A stretch of DNA of 64,000 nt from Chrysomallon squamiferum (Eukaryota > Animalia > Mollusca), in NCBI GenBank assembly GCA_012295275.1, contig CM022672.1:11780001-11844000 (forward strand). The letters are read 5' to 3'. Position 1 is the first letter of the stretch, and every line of letters begins with the position of its first letter. This document shows, piece after piece, positions 40,820-54,627 of the stretch. The position numbers and the translations under genes were made by a program. Under the pieces are notes generated by a model. That model saw only the letters and a program-made list of their open reading frames with translations. It was not told the origin of the DNA and did not search any database.

Positions 40820-41090
40820 TTTGGCGAAGATGAAGATAGGCAAAGTCGATGTATGCTTATCACATGATTCCACGATCACACCAAGAGGTGTTGCAACTGT
40901 TCAGTGCACGCTTGTCCACTGCTCATTTCCTCTGGACAATGATATAGTGACAACAGAACTATCTTCACTGGCCTGTGACCGGTTCCACTTGACCTCTGGT
41001 CAACTCTGCTACCGAATTCTTTGATGAGTTACAGCAACAGCTCTGAAGCCATTTTATAAATGCAAAAGTTTTACTCTGAATCTTAACAGA
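40820..41090 (+). mobile_element. LINE AP-endonuclease fossil
   Basis: GST*PLVNSATEFFDELQQQL*SHFINAKVLL* from 40981 resembles GsiYRPP...FfdeL...vllGDFN. Upstream HDSTITPRGVAT resembles rDR...gGVA. The segment is stopped and frameshifted. Confidence 0.4.
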
Positions 41091-41142
41091 GAGATATACA
41101 GTATTTTGGTCAGTCTCTTTTTGAAGTTTTTATAATCTTTAA

Positions 41143-41177
<35 letters not shown>

Positions 41178-43729
41178 ATTAGCTCTGTTATTCAGTCTAG
41201 AATAAACTCTGTACACTGAAATCAACTACTACATACTGATAACAGTGCACAACATACGATGGTGATGTACAAGAGCTGGTTACTCAACATTTGTGAGTTC
41301 ACATTTCACTCAGTGGCTACAGATAGTTTGGCTTCATGAATGAATTTAGTTTCAAGGTTAAAACAGTTAAATGAGCTGTTAAACAATTTATCTCAAAGAC
41401 TGAATGAGTCTGATAATCTCATCTATCTTACTTTCTGCTTGAAAAAAAAAATATTTTCATGTTTTTAATTTAAATTAGTTTGGTGTTACATCCTTCCTAA
41501 AAGTACCAAAAACTTTCTTAAAAATAGTTTTAAATAAATAATGAACAAACACAAATGATGATTGGCCATCATTCAGTAGAGATTTAAAAAAAAAAAATGT
41601 TAATAAGCTTAATTTTTAATAAGCTAAACATTTTTAATTACAAAAACTCGCATTCAAAATGAAAATTATTAAGGACCCAATTAAACTATTTATATGAAGA
41701 AGATTAATTAAATTCAAATTAAGTTATTCACTTAACAGATAAACATTGCCTGATCTCTGGAAAGGTATTTCTATTCTATTTTCTTTTTCAGATAACAGAT
41801 AAAAATATCACTGGTTCCATCAGGAAAAGCAAGTTCTCCAAATCTGGATGGGTGACAGATCCATGCAAAGGATGAAAAGATATACGTGTGTCTGTCTGTG
41901 CTTTGTCAGACTGACTTGATAACACTGGCAAGTAGACGCTCATCAAGGCAGATTTTTTAAACATAGCTATTTGTTGAGAAAGTAGTATTATCTGCTGGAT
42001 GAAGTAAAAGGTCAGCAGATATTGAGTAAGCTGGTCAAAACAGATGAAGAATTTAATCTGCTCTGCTGAAAAACAGTCATCATAGTTATCTCTCTGCTGA
42101 AAAAAATACCTCTGCTGATATTTTTTGTGAGGGAATGGTTACAGCTGGATTCAGAATTTTGAAACTTTTCATATAGATTTTTTATTTGATATTTTTTTGG
42201 AAATATGTAATTTCAAACTGAAAGATGTGAATTACTGCCCACTTCAGATGACTTCCAACCTCATTTTGAAAGATTATTATCACAAGAATGTCTGTTAGCT
42301 ATATAATAAAAATTTTACTTGAAATGTCACTGTAGAGGTCACTGCTTTGGTAATAAATTTATTTTAGACATTGATAATACTCTATATGATAGAAGAAGAA
42401 AAAGAAACTGATGAATCCTTTTGGCTCTTGCATTTCTTTAACATCCATCATTATGCTATCAAAATAATTCCAGAAATTACAATTTTTTTTTTTTTTTTTA
42501 CCAACATGATTATTTCAAGCATGGGTGATCATCTTAAAAAGGGCAATAACTGTAAATACTCACTAAACACCAGTAAACATTACAAAACAAACAAAACCAA
42601 ATCAGGGGTGGACAGATAAACTCTACAGGGGCTAAAAGACAAGTTATAAATCTTTTCAGCAGCACCCCAGGGGCCACTGACACATGACAAGAAGTGGTGG
42701 GCAGGAATAACCGATCCCATACAATACCATGAAGGGTCCCAGTCCATTTGGATGTGTATGTATGTATATATCAGACTGAAGACTACAGGTTCCCAAAGAT
42801 GTCCTGCTGTGTTTGCAGTGAGGAAAACCACTTAACAGTGAAAGATATGGGAATACTACAACTCATGTTATTAGTATCATTCCTGACTTGTAGCTGAATG
42901 AATACACTGCCATTCTTCACCAGTCCCATTAATCTTTTAACTCGAGTATTATATTCACCTTCTTTCTTTCTCTATCTCATTATTTCACCTTCTTTGTGTT
43001 TTTCTGTCTTTCTTTCTTTCTACTACTACTCTATCTTGGTCTGTTTCTGTCTCTCTCATCAAGTGAATATCTATCTGTCTCTCTAACTCACTCTCTCCCA
43101 TCATCTGACAGTCTATCTCACTCACTCAGTCTGTTTTTCTGTCTCTCATAATCTTTCTCTATCTCATAGACAATCTCTTTCTCTTCCCATTTTTATTTTT
43201 CTCAAACTCACTAAACTTGTGTGTGTGTGTAATTCGTGTGCATGTTCTTTATTCTGAATGTACATACATACTCACAGACATACATACACAGACATATGGC
43301 TGAGCGCTATATGATTATTTATATTTTCTCTACATTTTAAAATTACAATTTGATTTCCCTTGTTTTGGTAACATTATACAGATCAGTTCTGTTGATTCTT
43401 ATTGGTTTTATTTTTACAAAACGTATCTGTATATTACACAGAAATATTTGTTAAAAAATATATTAATTACCTCATTCCAATATTCTTAACTAATTTTAAA
43501 AAGAAAGAAAGTAAAAAATATTTTTAAAAAATCTTTAAATTTTAATGGTTACCTATAATTTCCTTTATGAGCAATTACTTAGAGATTTAAAATCAAATTC
43601 AAACATAAATTTGTTTTATCCATTTTTTTTTTTGTTTTTTTTTGTTTTTAAGTATTTTCATTACTACATATAAACATACTTAAAACAGTTTTATATTCAT
43701 ATAAATGCATAAGCTACAGAGCTTATAAT

Positions 43730-44015
43730 GTCATACTCTGCACAGACTTGGCTGGGAAGTGGCAGTCCATATTAAAATGGATCAAACTCTTCAGAGACTG
43801 AGTGAAATCTGCAGTTTATAGTAAAACACTGAGACACAAAAGGTCGAAATCTACACAGACTGAGTGGGCTCGGCAGTTTATATTAAAACATTAGTTAAGA
43901 GACAAAAGTCAAACTGCACACACTTTGTATTAAAATGAAACAAAACGTGTCAAAGTCTACACAGCTGGAGTGGGATCTGTAAAAATATTTATTAAAATAC
44001 TGAAGGACAAAGGGT
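43730..44015. repeat. Degenerate ~60-bp tandem array, about 5 copies
   Basis: CTACACAGACTGAGTGGG...GCAGTTTATATTAAAAC recurs. Confidence 0.75.
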
Positions 44016-44059
44016 TAACAACAAAAACAACAGCATATTTAATGAGAACTTGATGCAAC

Positions 44060-44370
44060 ATACAACATCCCTTTTAGAACATCATCTACAGAGATTGATT
44101 TAGTTATGGTATTGTAGTATGCCTTTAATGTACTGCCAAAATAATATTTCATAATGACTGATTAAAAACAAAAAAAACTACATACTAGTTAATGGGAAAA
44201 CACATTTACTAGATAAATGTAATATATAACAACCCTTTCAGAATACCATCAACACAGATTTAGTTACAACTTTGCACTATGACTGCATTGTAATAGAAAA
44301 TTATTTTTCTAACTCATAATGACTGATTAACAAGAAAAAAAGAGAGAAAATACGGAATATTTAATGGAAG
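44060..44370. repeat. ~165-bp diverged tandem duplication
   Basis: CCCTTT(T/C)AGAA...GATTTAGTTA...CATAATGACTGATTAA occurs twice. Confidence 0.7.
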
Positions 44371-44530
44371 TCATCCATTCGTTGCCAAAAGGAGTGAACA
44401 ACTACAGGCAAATCTAACTCAATATTTGCTCATTGGCTCTAACAGCCTTCAGGGTCAATCAAGTCAGGTGCAGCCTCTAGGGGTTTCCCAGTGATAAATA
44501 ATGTACAGGATTGGCAATATTATGGCTCAC

Positions 44531-44545
44531 CCGAGCTCCCAGTGT
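44531..44545 (-). other. Candidate 15-nt microexon
   Basis: Minus strand reads cattaattgtctgtgttttcag|ACACTGGGAGCTCGG|gtgagc. The length is a multiple of 3 and it is stop-free in phase 1 (xTGSS). Confidence 0.3.
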
Positions 44546-44659
44546 CTGAAAACACAGACAATTAATGATCATCTCCAACTGCTTATGTGACTGACTCGCC
44601 ATCTCTCACATACGATTTCAATTATGTTTAAAGTTTATGTACTCTCGGTGGCTCCTGTT

Positions 44660-45070
44660 TAATTAGAATCTACCCTCACAATGCTGGCAGTAGTATTTCA
44701 AATGTGGTGGTTTATAGATAAAATACTAGTTAAACTTGAATCTATTGCTTTATGGACATTTCAGTTCCAGCCAGTTTTGAAGATAAACATTGGTTTAAAA
44801 TTTGAATCTAGCCTTTGGGAGAATATTTCTAATATAACAGTTTACAGATAAATAATAGTATTTGAATCTACCCTTACAAAATATATTGATAGATATTGAT
44901 TTAATTTGAATCTATCCTTTCAGGAAACATTCCCAATACAAAAATGTATAGATAAATGCTGACTTAATCAGAATCCATCAATTCATTAAATACTGGTTTA
45001 ATTTGAGTGTACTCTTTCAGAGAATATTTGTAAACCAGGAGTTTATTGATAAATGTGGACTGAATTATAA
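44660..45070. repeat. Degenerate ~65-bp tandem array
   Basis: AGATAAA...TTTGAATCTA recurs about 6-7 times. Confidence 0.7.
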
Positions 45071-45444
45071 ATTGTTTGTAACAGACATTTGTCCATATGT
45101 AGATATGTTTAAGAAAGGAAGCATTTTTCATTAGGAACGTTTTATGTTGTGGAATAAAGTTAAAACATGACTGTAAAATAAACTGGAAAATAAATAAATA
45201 ATTTTACTCTTTTTTTATTTCTTGTGAAAATTCAGTAGATAATTGTTATAGAACTCTTTTCAAATGTTTTAATGACTCATAAACAGCTGAAGTACTGCAA
45301 TAATTTTAAGTGTTAAAAAAATGAAAAAGTAAGAAATGTTGTTATTTTGTTTGTTTTTTAATTTTTCCAAACTTTAGTATCCCAGAAATTTGAACATGTT
45401 AACTTCTCAAAAAATATATTACTTTGAATAAATATTTATTATTA

Positions 45445-45488
<44 letters not shown>

Positions 45489-47249
45489 ATAAACTGAATA
45501 ACTTTCTTTCATTATATGCTTATTAAATATACTGACCCTTTCAATTATTTGCTTTGTTATTAACAATCAGTACCAGTAGGTTTTTAATGCCCGTAGTTGT
45601 TGACAAGACATTAATGTAGAATCTATTATGTTCTATCAGTTACTAGTATTTCATTTACACTCACTGAGCCCTGTGAACCAAAGTGACAAGTGTATTTATA
45701 AATCTACAAGCTGAAGTCAGCCAGTACATGTACCATCCGTGTATATCAGTTTTCCTCCATAATCAATACATAAAAGAGATGTGCTCTGCAGCCATAGTCT
45801 AAGTATATCAGTTTACAGTGGCTTCTGGTTAAGTGACATATGTAACAGACCCCATCACTGATAAGCATCTGACTGGCACACAGTTGTTTGTTGATTTCTT
45901 TACAAAGACCAGGAACGTTTGGGGACCATTTACTGTCATCAGTCTGTTGGTCTCAATCACCCATTGCAAAATTCAACAGTTTTTTTAGGGTTTTTTTTTT
46001 TAGCTTAACTTTTTGAAAACCATCTTAAATCAAGTGAGTAAGAAAATACTTAAAAGAAATGGAAAAAAAAAAAATTCTAAACCACATCTGTTTTTTTGTT
46101 TTTGGATGATTTTCTTTAAAAAAAATATATTTTTATTAACCTAAGACTTTTGTGATAAAGACTTAAAAAAAAAAAAAAAAAAAAAAAAACATAATGACCA
46201 TCATAATTTATTCTGAAACGTTTGCCAGAAGTGTTATCAAGATTGAAACAAAACCTTTGATCTGATAATGTACTCTAATGACCATGGTTTTCAAGAAGGG
46301 CAGGAATAATGGTATGAATATACAGATTGTCTGTGACAATGAACAGTTGTGGTCTTGTGGTAGAAATGTGTGTCGCACATATTTCTTTTACAGCCCCCTA
46401 AAACAGTTCTTCTCCTGAAATTATAACTCAGAAAAAGTAGTAACATTACAAGAACAAGGCAGGAGAATGTGGAACATGTTGTGCAGACACACTGATGAAT
46501 GGAAATGAGAAACACTATAGTTGTTCTGTGCACATGATAATTTTTCATTTTAGAGTTTTGTTGTTTTGAAGACATTTTTTTTCTTGTATGTCCTGTCTTG
46601 TTGATATATATTTTTTTTATATATTTGGTTGTGGATTTTTTTTAATTTGATTTTATAAAATTTGATAGTTTTAAGAAAAAAAATGGTAACCTCATTTAGC
46701 CATTTTGTTTCTATTAGTATTATTGTTGTTGTTGTTGTTGTTGTTATTATTGTATTATTATTATTGTCATTATTATTGTTATTATTTTAATAGCATCATC
46801 TAATCCTTCATTTTTCCTAAGGTAATTAAATGAAACCATTTCACTTAATCTTTGAGAATGAAAAAAAGAGGAAAAAAAGGAAAATTGAGAAAAAAATCTG
46901 AAAAGCAAGGAGAGAGAAAAAGTGAAAGAAAGAATGAATAAACAAAGAAGAAGAAAAATAGAAAATAAACTCTGGCTAAAAGAAATAAAAAGCTCAGCAA
47001 GGAATAAGAAAGTATGAGAAGGAAAAGAAAAGAAAAGAAATTCCATTTTAACACTTAAAAGTTGAAGCTGATTTTGCCTGACATGTTGTTCTGACCCACT
47101 TTCCCCCAGTAACAATGTGGAGATCTTCCTTCTTTGTTTCCTGCTCACAATTAACACCATCCCCACCACCACTACACACTAGCCCTAGGAGATCTACATG
47201 GTCTCAGCATATTACTTTAACCTACAACTGCCACAACGCTGAAAATATC

Positions 47250-48140
47250 ACCAATATTCTTAGGAGAAATCTTGACCCGTATATCTCAGTTTTCTGTATA
47301 TTTTCTTAACACTTTTTCTTAGTCTTAAAAGAATAGTGAGTAATATTTGTTGCAGAAATCTTGGCCCATATCTCATTTTTCTGTATATTATCTTAACACC
47401 TTTTAATAGTCTTAAAAGAATAGTAAGTAATATTTGTAGGAGATATTTTGACCTGTTACTGCTTATTTGTATATTATTTTAACACTTTTGTTTTAGTCCC
47501 ATCTTAAAAGATCTGTTGAACTAATATTTGTAGGAAAAATGTTTCTGTACATTATCTTAATACATTTCTTAAATCTCAAAAAATAACCTATATATATATT
47601 TTTTTATATATATATATACAACAAATGTATATAACAAATTTTAACACTGGATTTTTCAGTCTTAATCTCTTTATCAACAAGATATCACCATCTGATGGCC
47701 AAAGTTAAAATTATGATAGTGATGAAAATATACAATGTAAAATATCAGAGATTCTGTAATAATGTGACTACATAACTGATTGGATAAAGAAAATTGTGAT
47801 TTAGGACAAAACTGTGATTTAAGATGTTTTATAAGTTAATGTTAATCTGTAAAATCAGTTTTGATCTGTATCATTTATTTCCATATATTAATTAAATAAT
47901 TTTTTTCGTGGTCATACAAGAAGAGTCTAATTTATCATTTGCAAAAGAAATCTTCTTTCCGTATATAATTTTAACACTTGCCTATCAAGTCCAGCTAGTA
48001 GTCACAGAAGACCGTGTTATTATTTTCTATATCATTTTAATATCTTTTTTCACAGACTTACAAGAAGAGACTAACTAATATCTGTAGCAGAAAATTTTGC
48101 TTTATTTTTCTCTGTATATTATTATTTTAACCCTTTTTCC
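47250..48140. repeat. ~90-bp tandem array (about 4 good copies at 47250-47580, diverged copies at 47900-48140)
   Basis: TAATATTTGTAGGAGAAATCTTGACC...CTGTATATTATCTTAACAC...AGTCTTAAAAGAATAG. Confidence 0.85.
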
Positions 48141-49692
48141 CACTGTTAAAAACAGAGAGAGAGAGTCTGACAGTAAATTGGAACAGATTAACACCAGAGC
48201 TACAGTAAACAGAATAATTATGGTGCAGTCTTTTAAATCACTTGTTAAAGGAAATTTTTATAAAAACAAGAGATTATCGGGGATTTAGCTTCTGAATGAT
48301 TTAAATTCGGTGGGTTTTATTTTGGAACAAACATAAACATTAACTAATTATGTTGGTCTAAACTTAACCAAAATGTCTTCCTTGACTTGCAATAAAAAAA
48401 AAATGTTTTTCTCCTGATAGAAACATTATCAGAGAATCCCTGCAGTGAGATTTGTAACTCGAGATGGGGTATAAAAAAAAAAATTAAAATGACTGAACAG
48501 TCAAGTCGGCAGACTTCTGGATCATTCCATCTGTGAGATAAAAACACATTCATAGATGCACAGACAGACATACACACAGCAACAGTATGGAGTTACAGAC
48601 AGACAGACATATAGTAACAGAGTTATGCAGTTAACAGACTGATGCATACACAGTTTTCAGAATCGGACAAAGTGACAGACACACACACATACACACACTT
48701 ACAATAGTAGTAATGATGATGATGATGATGATAATAATAACAACAACAACAATAATAACAAAATAGTAGCCCAATGAAAATATGGAAGTTAAAAGACAAA
48801 TGTATCATTTTTGCACACACATTAAATTTTTTTCTCAGACATGCATCAACATAAATACACCCTCCACACCCCCACATGCACACATAAACATCCACACAAC
48901 ACCCACCCAAACACACACATCCACACAGTGCACAAAACTCTCTCACACATACACATAATATACGCAAGTATCTATTTAAAATACTTCTGGTCAGTACTAA
49001 TAATTAGATGAATAAGAAGAATGGTTTTATCTGCCATTCTACATAAACTCTGAAGATGTTTACTGCAGTGAAAACTGCGACTGTATTTTCAGGACAACTG
49101 TTTAGGCTGGGTGTCTCTAGGCAATACTTTCACAGTTAATTTGGTCTAAAACCCCACCAATGACTCTTCTGTCCATGGTGGAGCATTACAATATTTAGAA
49201 GGAGAAAACAGAGATTTGTTAGTTCTGAATTAGTGAAAAAGTATCATCAGTTTCTTATTAAAAATAGAAATAATTCTTTGGAAAATTATGTTAAAATCTC
49301 TATGAAATGTTTTAAGAAAAAAAAAAAAAAAAAATTGTTAAAAATATATGCCTTTTATTTAAATTTTGTTGATTGGCCAAATAATTAGAAAAAAAAACCA
49401 ACCTACAACCCCCCCCCCAAAAACAACAAAAACAAACAAACAAGGGAATTTTACTGATCAGAATATCATTCTCTTACATATATACACTGTTTTATTTAAC
49501 ACTGAAAATACTGTTTTTAAATCCCAGCTTTCTTTTTCAGACACAAACAACATATTTTATAACAGTTCTATTTCTCTACCCATTTCTTCTCATCCTTTTT
49601 CTTTACACATATTTGTGGGGTTTTTTTGTTTTGCCTTCACTTCTTTTTTTTCTGCAATAAAATTTTCATCACCATAGCCAGAATGGTCATAA

Positions 49693-49770
49693 AAACTCAC
49701 AATGGATGAAAAATGGGTTCATTTATAATACGTATGTGAAAGGAAAAAACAAACTTCCACCGCTCCTGAA
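49693..49770 (+). mobile_element. mariner transposase fossil
   Basis: KLTMDEKWVHL*YVCERKKQ resembles the mariner first catalytic-Asp motif VTGDEKWVxYxNxxRKxQ. Confidence 0.4.
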
Positions 49771-50478
49771 CAGTGCTTGTTGTTTGTTTTGAAAAAGCAT
49801 CTGATGCTAACTGACGGGACTGTTAGAAGAGGAGGCCATGTTATGAACAATGGTCACTTTGATGGATGAAATGTTATGACAGTGGTGATTGATGGTCAAT
49901 GGTTATTGACAGTACAGTTCTTCAGCAGTGAACTGGGATCAAATTCACAGCACTGCAACAATGATGAGTGCTACAACAATGTGGAGAAGTCACTCCTCTC
50001 TGTCTGTGCTTGTGCCAAGCTGCATGCTTATGACTGGAACTTAAAAGCTCAGTGCTGGATTAGCAGTACAAGGGTTAATTCAACAGATTTTTGAGGTTTG
50101 TTTTGAGGCAGTGTTGCTATATTTAGCAGAAGTCTATGTTTGTTGATTCCAGGAGTCAGCTTTAAATATAAAATAAGTTAAACCAACTGACTTTGGAAGA
50201 CAGCTTAATGTAAAATTATATCATTTAGTTTGAAAAGAATAGACATCCTGGATACAGATCAAATGTTTACCCAGTAAAATTATGAATCCAAATCTCATTA
50301 GACAAATACAAAAGGGTTTTGTCTTGTTGTTTTTAAAAAGTCTGAAGCAAAGCAAGATTTATGAAAAAAAAAAAAAAAATGAAGTGGGAAAAAGAATTAG
50401 TCATGCATTCAACACAACAGAAATCTTTCATCCAGCAATTCATCATTTTACCTGTTAAACATGTTCTGCATTCTTGTA

Positions 50479-50700
50479 CCTTGTTTTTGTACATTAAAGT
50501 CGTGTTTTGCAACTTTTCTCTCACCAATTGGAAACTCATAAACATTGTAACTTATTACTATTCTGGACAGCATGGATGGATGTGCAAGAAAATACATTTA
50601 ATTTTTCTCAGATCTTGTTTTTGTACATTAAAGTTGTGTTTTGCAACTTCTCTCTCACCAGTTAGAAACTCATAAACATTGTAACTTACTGCTGTTCAGA
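50479..50700. repeat. Direct duplication of ~85 bp with 134-bp spacing
   Basis: CTTGTTTTTGTACATTAAAGT...GAAACTCATAAACATTGTAACTTA at 50480 and 50614. Confidence 0.9.
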
Positions 50701-50914
50701 AAATAAAGTCATAGGTGGATGTATAAACAAAATTCAAAACATGGCACGGTAAAATAACTTTTCAAACATTAAAAGCTAAACAAATGTATAAAAGTTTCAT
50801 TCATTCTTATTTATTACTGTTTTCACACTTTGATAAAGTTTAATTTGTTTCATAAAACCAGAGTGGAAAATGATTCATTTTTTTTTTAAGTGTGTGTTAA
50901 TTCCGACATACATT

Positions 50915-51220
50915 CCATTTTAGCATCTTTTTTATTCAACTTACCAAAGACATGAAAACTCAAAACTTTACTTCTGATAAGCAACAGAGGAGCACAGGCT
51001 AGAACAAGAAATATACTGATGTGTACTTAAAGTCAGATCCTGTCAGTGACTAGAATTTTAAACTCAGGAGGAGTACAAGGGTTAATTCAACTGATTTCAT
51101 GGTCCACTGGTGCTGTGCTCCTATTTCAGATTGTTGGTCCCAGAAGACAGTTTAAACGTAAAGTTAAACCCAGTTTATCTTAGGTCAAGCACTCTAACCA
51201 TCAGACCTGCCCACTCCTAC
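50915..51220 (-). mobile_element. Degenerate SINE copy interrupted by a ~110-bp insertion (51069-51178)
   Basis: ggagcacaggctagaacaagaaata...cagatcctg...ctcagg[insert]cttaggtcaagcactctaaccatcag; the resumed part matches caggcaagcactctaaccaccag at 19613. Confidence 0.5.
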
Positions 51221-51614
51221 TTTAATAAAGAAATGCCGAGTAATAAAGATTTCTTATTAGCATTTACCAAACACAGATGTTCAAGTTGTGTGCTTCATGG
51301 AGCATGCAGCATTCAGAGAGAATTCTGGGAAGGAAATCGCTAAGATATATGCATGATGATAAAAGCATGTTTTACATTCACAGAAGCAGAGATCCTTCAC
51401 ACATGACATGCTTGCTTTCTACACTGTCTTTCGCAGGCTAATATTGCCCACATGTCCATTTCCTGTAACAAAATTATCAGTTCTGGAACTGTTTGGATGT
51501 ATTAATAAAATATATCTTTATTTGTTTGCACCTAGCTTATCCAAAATAAACCTTCATACAAGACATGTTATACATGACACAGAAATAATTTTGCTGCATT
51601 TTTTGCTTGGAAGG

Positions 51615-52035
51615 ATGACCCATGAATGAAATTTTGAATTCTTTGATTATTTCTATCTAGATATATTAACAAATTAGTAATGAACTATATCTTCTTGAAT
51701 CAAGGAATATTGCAAAATACATCTTTATTCATGACTTTTTCTAAACAAAAGGTTTTCTATATTTCAATGTACAAGATTATATTACCCATGAATCCACAGT
51801 CCCAGTTATAAAATTCTTAATTTATCTATCATTTCTATCAAAATATATATTTTTTTTCTTTCAGAAATAACACTTTCAATTGTTTGTACCTAGGAACATC
51901 ATAAAATACACCATTATACATAATTTGCAGTAAACAAAAAATTTCCATCTACAAGATTCTATTACCCATGAATCCCCAGGCTGAGATATAAAATTCTGAA
52001 TTCATCAATTATTTCTGTCTAGGTATATTAATGAA
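51615..52035. repeat. ~180-bp tandem array, 2-3 copies
   Basis: ACAAGATT(A/C)TATTACCCATGAATCC at 51771 and 51951, partial at 51618. Confidence 0.8.
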
Positions 52036-53404
52036 GACACCTTTAACTGTTTGTGCTTAGGTGTGTCACAGAAGCTTTCACATCTGCTTCACAAGAATAT
52101 TTTCCTAGACTTTCAAGTACAAATTTATTTTACCCGTGTGTAATATTTCCTGCTATAAACTTCAGACTTCTTTTAATTGTTTCCACCATGATGCTTCCCA
52201 GAAATACATCTTTAAATAATGGATGCAACTGGCCCATAAAACACAGCTTCAGAAATGCAGAATTTACAACAAGAAGCTATCATCTTGGGCTACCTCGGTT
52301 GTTTTGATCTTTCATGAATATTTTTGACAACACTTCCTGTTTCTTGGTATGCTGTATATTTGTCCTCCATTTTCTTTCTTTTTTTAACCATTACACTTAC
52401 AGTACAATGTTTTCGATTGTTTTTTTAATCTTTGTCACTTATAATGTAAGAATATACACAGAACACTTTATAAATGAAAGATCTACACTTGGAAATAGTT
52501 ATGTGTTGTCTGTGGTAACAGGTATTTGTTGTGTACTGAAAGCTCTGTTTTAGTGCATTCCACTGACCACAACAACACACAGTTAATGTCCTTATGTGTG
52601 TGCTTAATCTACTATCACCACTGAATATACATCTTGCAGTGTTAAGCATTTGTCTGATAACAAGAATAATAACATGATGGCCAACAGTTAATCATTTACT
52701 GTCCATATAACAATAATAAGAATATATATTAAAAACAAATATGTGTTTGAATGCCAACATGGCAGATTTAATCTTTCTCTTTCTATCTTTATTTTGCAGA
52801 TCATTCATTTTGTTCTAGATCATTTTTAAAGATCCATACATTTATTCATCCATTTAATTATTCATTCATTAATTTCTCCCCTCTCTAGCTTAACATCTTC
52901 CCCTCTCTCTCTCTCTGTCTTTACAACTTCAAAAAGCTCAAGAACTCATTGTTAATTCTAATATGGCAAAAATCAGTCCAATACATTCCAAAACGTCTTT
53001 ATTTTTTTATATTTTTTTTATTTTTTATTTTTTGGTTTTGTAAATCTTTAATTAGCACATAATAAAACATATAATTCACAAGTACCAATAAAGAATGTTT
53101 CTTATCAGTGCATTTTTAGTCTAACAGGGAAGATATGGAAATTCTAGAGCTCATTTCTAACAACAGTTTTGATCGCTGATTACACAGTGATCTGGTTAAA
53201 ACCCCTAGAGACCAGCAGCTGTAACTGCTTATACCGGTAACATGTAGATATGAACAAAATGTTAACATTCCTTCCTCTCAGGCAGGTCTCCAAGCACCTC
53301 AGTGCTTTTACATAAATCTTCAAATTCCAAACAGTGGTTATTAATAAATCAGATGATAATCTCTTTAATTTCCCATTATAAATTTTCTATTTTTGTTGAA
53401 TATA

Positions 53405-53860
53405 CTTATGACACTGAAAATATGTTTGATTAATAGGGTATATTTGTCAACTGAGGTTGTAAAGTTGAAAATGTTTGATAAGTATGTTGGGTTTTTTATT
53501 TTGTGAACAAAGTTGTGATATTCAAAATATGGGTGATTAATATGGTATTTGTGAATGTAGCTGTGACGTTGAAAATAGTTTTAATTAATATTGTATGTTT
53601 GTCAACATATTTGGACATTGGAAATATGTGCTATTAATATGCTATTTTTGTAAACATGGTTGTGGTGTTGAAAATATGTTTGATTAATGCGGTATTTTTG
53701 TCAGCATGGTTTGGCACTGAAAAGATTGTTAATATATGATTAACTGACATGACTGTGATGCAGAAAATACTGTTAATTTTGATTAACATGGTATTTTGTC
53801 ACCACAAATTTGATACTGAACTCATTGTTAATATCAGATTAATATGGTATTTTGTCTAAT
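53405..53860. repeat. Degenerate ~50-bp minisatellite, about 9 copies
   Basis: TGAAAATATGTTTGATTAATATGGTATTTTTGTCAACATGGTTGTG-like unit. Confidence 0.8.
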
Positions 53861-54049
53861 CTTGATATATTACAAATTTATACTTCAACTTTAGCATTAA
53901 ACAGATAATATTATCAATCAATCAGATTATTTCTTATTATCTGCTAGTGCCATATCATTCAAACACAACCTAATAAGATATTTATGAATATTATTTAAAT
54001 ATTTATACATCATAACCTCCACATATTTTAATATTAGAGGTTATTATGT

Positions 54050-54295
54050 TTAGAAATAGAAAAAAAAACTGCCACTGGTATTTTGTAAACAATTTATATC
54101 ACTTAGCATTAGAACGTTTTCCTACATACACCCTCCCATAAACAGCAAGAAACACAGTATTACATATGATGAAGCAGTAATGGGCTGTGACTGGAAAGGA
54201 AACTGGCCCCAGAAACATGCACCATGAAGGACTGATCCTGTGACTGTTAGAATTCTAGTCTAGTTCTTAGCATACTGAGATAGAGGCTGCTGATC
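54050..54295 (-). mobile_element. Degenerate near full-length SINE copy
   Basis: ctgccact...ttagcattag...catacaccctcccataaacag...ctggaaaggaaac...caccatgaaggactgatcctg. Confidence 0.5.
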
Positions 54296-54590
54296 TTACT
54301 GAGCAGGTTCAGAAAGATTAATGGTGTTTGAGATACACATGTCTGAGTTTAGACTCTACAGAATGTTCTGGAAGCCTGGATTCTTTACACAGTAATAACA
54401 CTTATGGCCCAAGGGATGTGTTTTTCATAGTTCACAGCTTTCTGTGGCTGTTGAAACATGAATGCATACAGCTTGCATGAAAAGTAAAAAAAAAAAATTG
54501 TGTTTTTGTTTTTTAATGACAGATTTTTATTTATGTAAATGTGATTCCTGGAACTAGAATTTCCTTTTTTTGTTACCCTGTATATTTTAG

Positions 54591-54627
<37 letters not shown>

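Noticed and set aside
50939-50998. Apparent 54-nt phase 1-1 exon on the minus strand (tttcttgttctag|CC TGT GCT...GTC TTT G|gtaagt) with a hydrophobic, signal-peptide-like translation
   Set aside because: It lies wholly inside a decayed SINE copy, has no in-frame ATG after the upstream stop, and hydrophobicity is expected from T-rich DNA. Rare exonisation cannot be excluded.
52060-52320. Possible RTE-type RT remnant on the minus strand (AQDDSFLL...VFLGSI)
   Set aside because: The motif spacing is too short and the similarity too weak to support.
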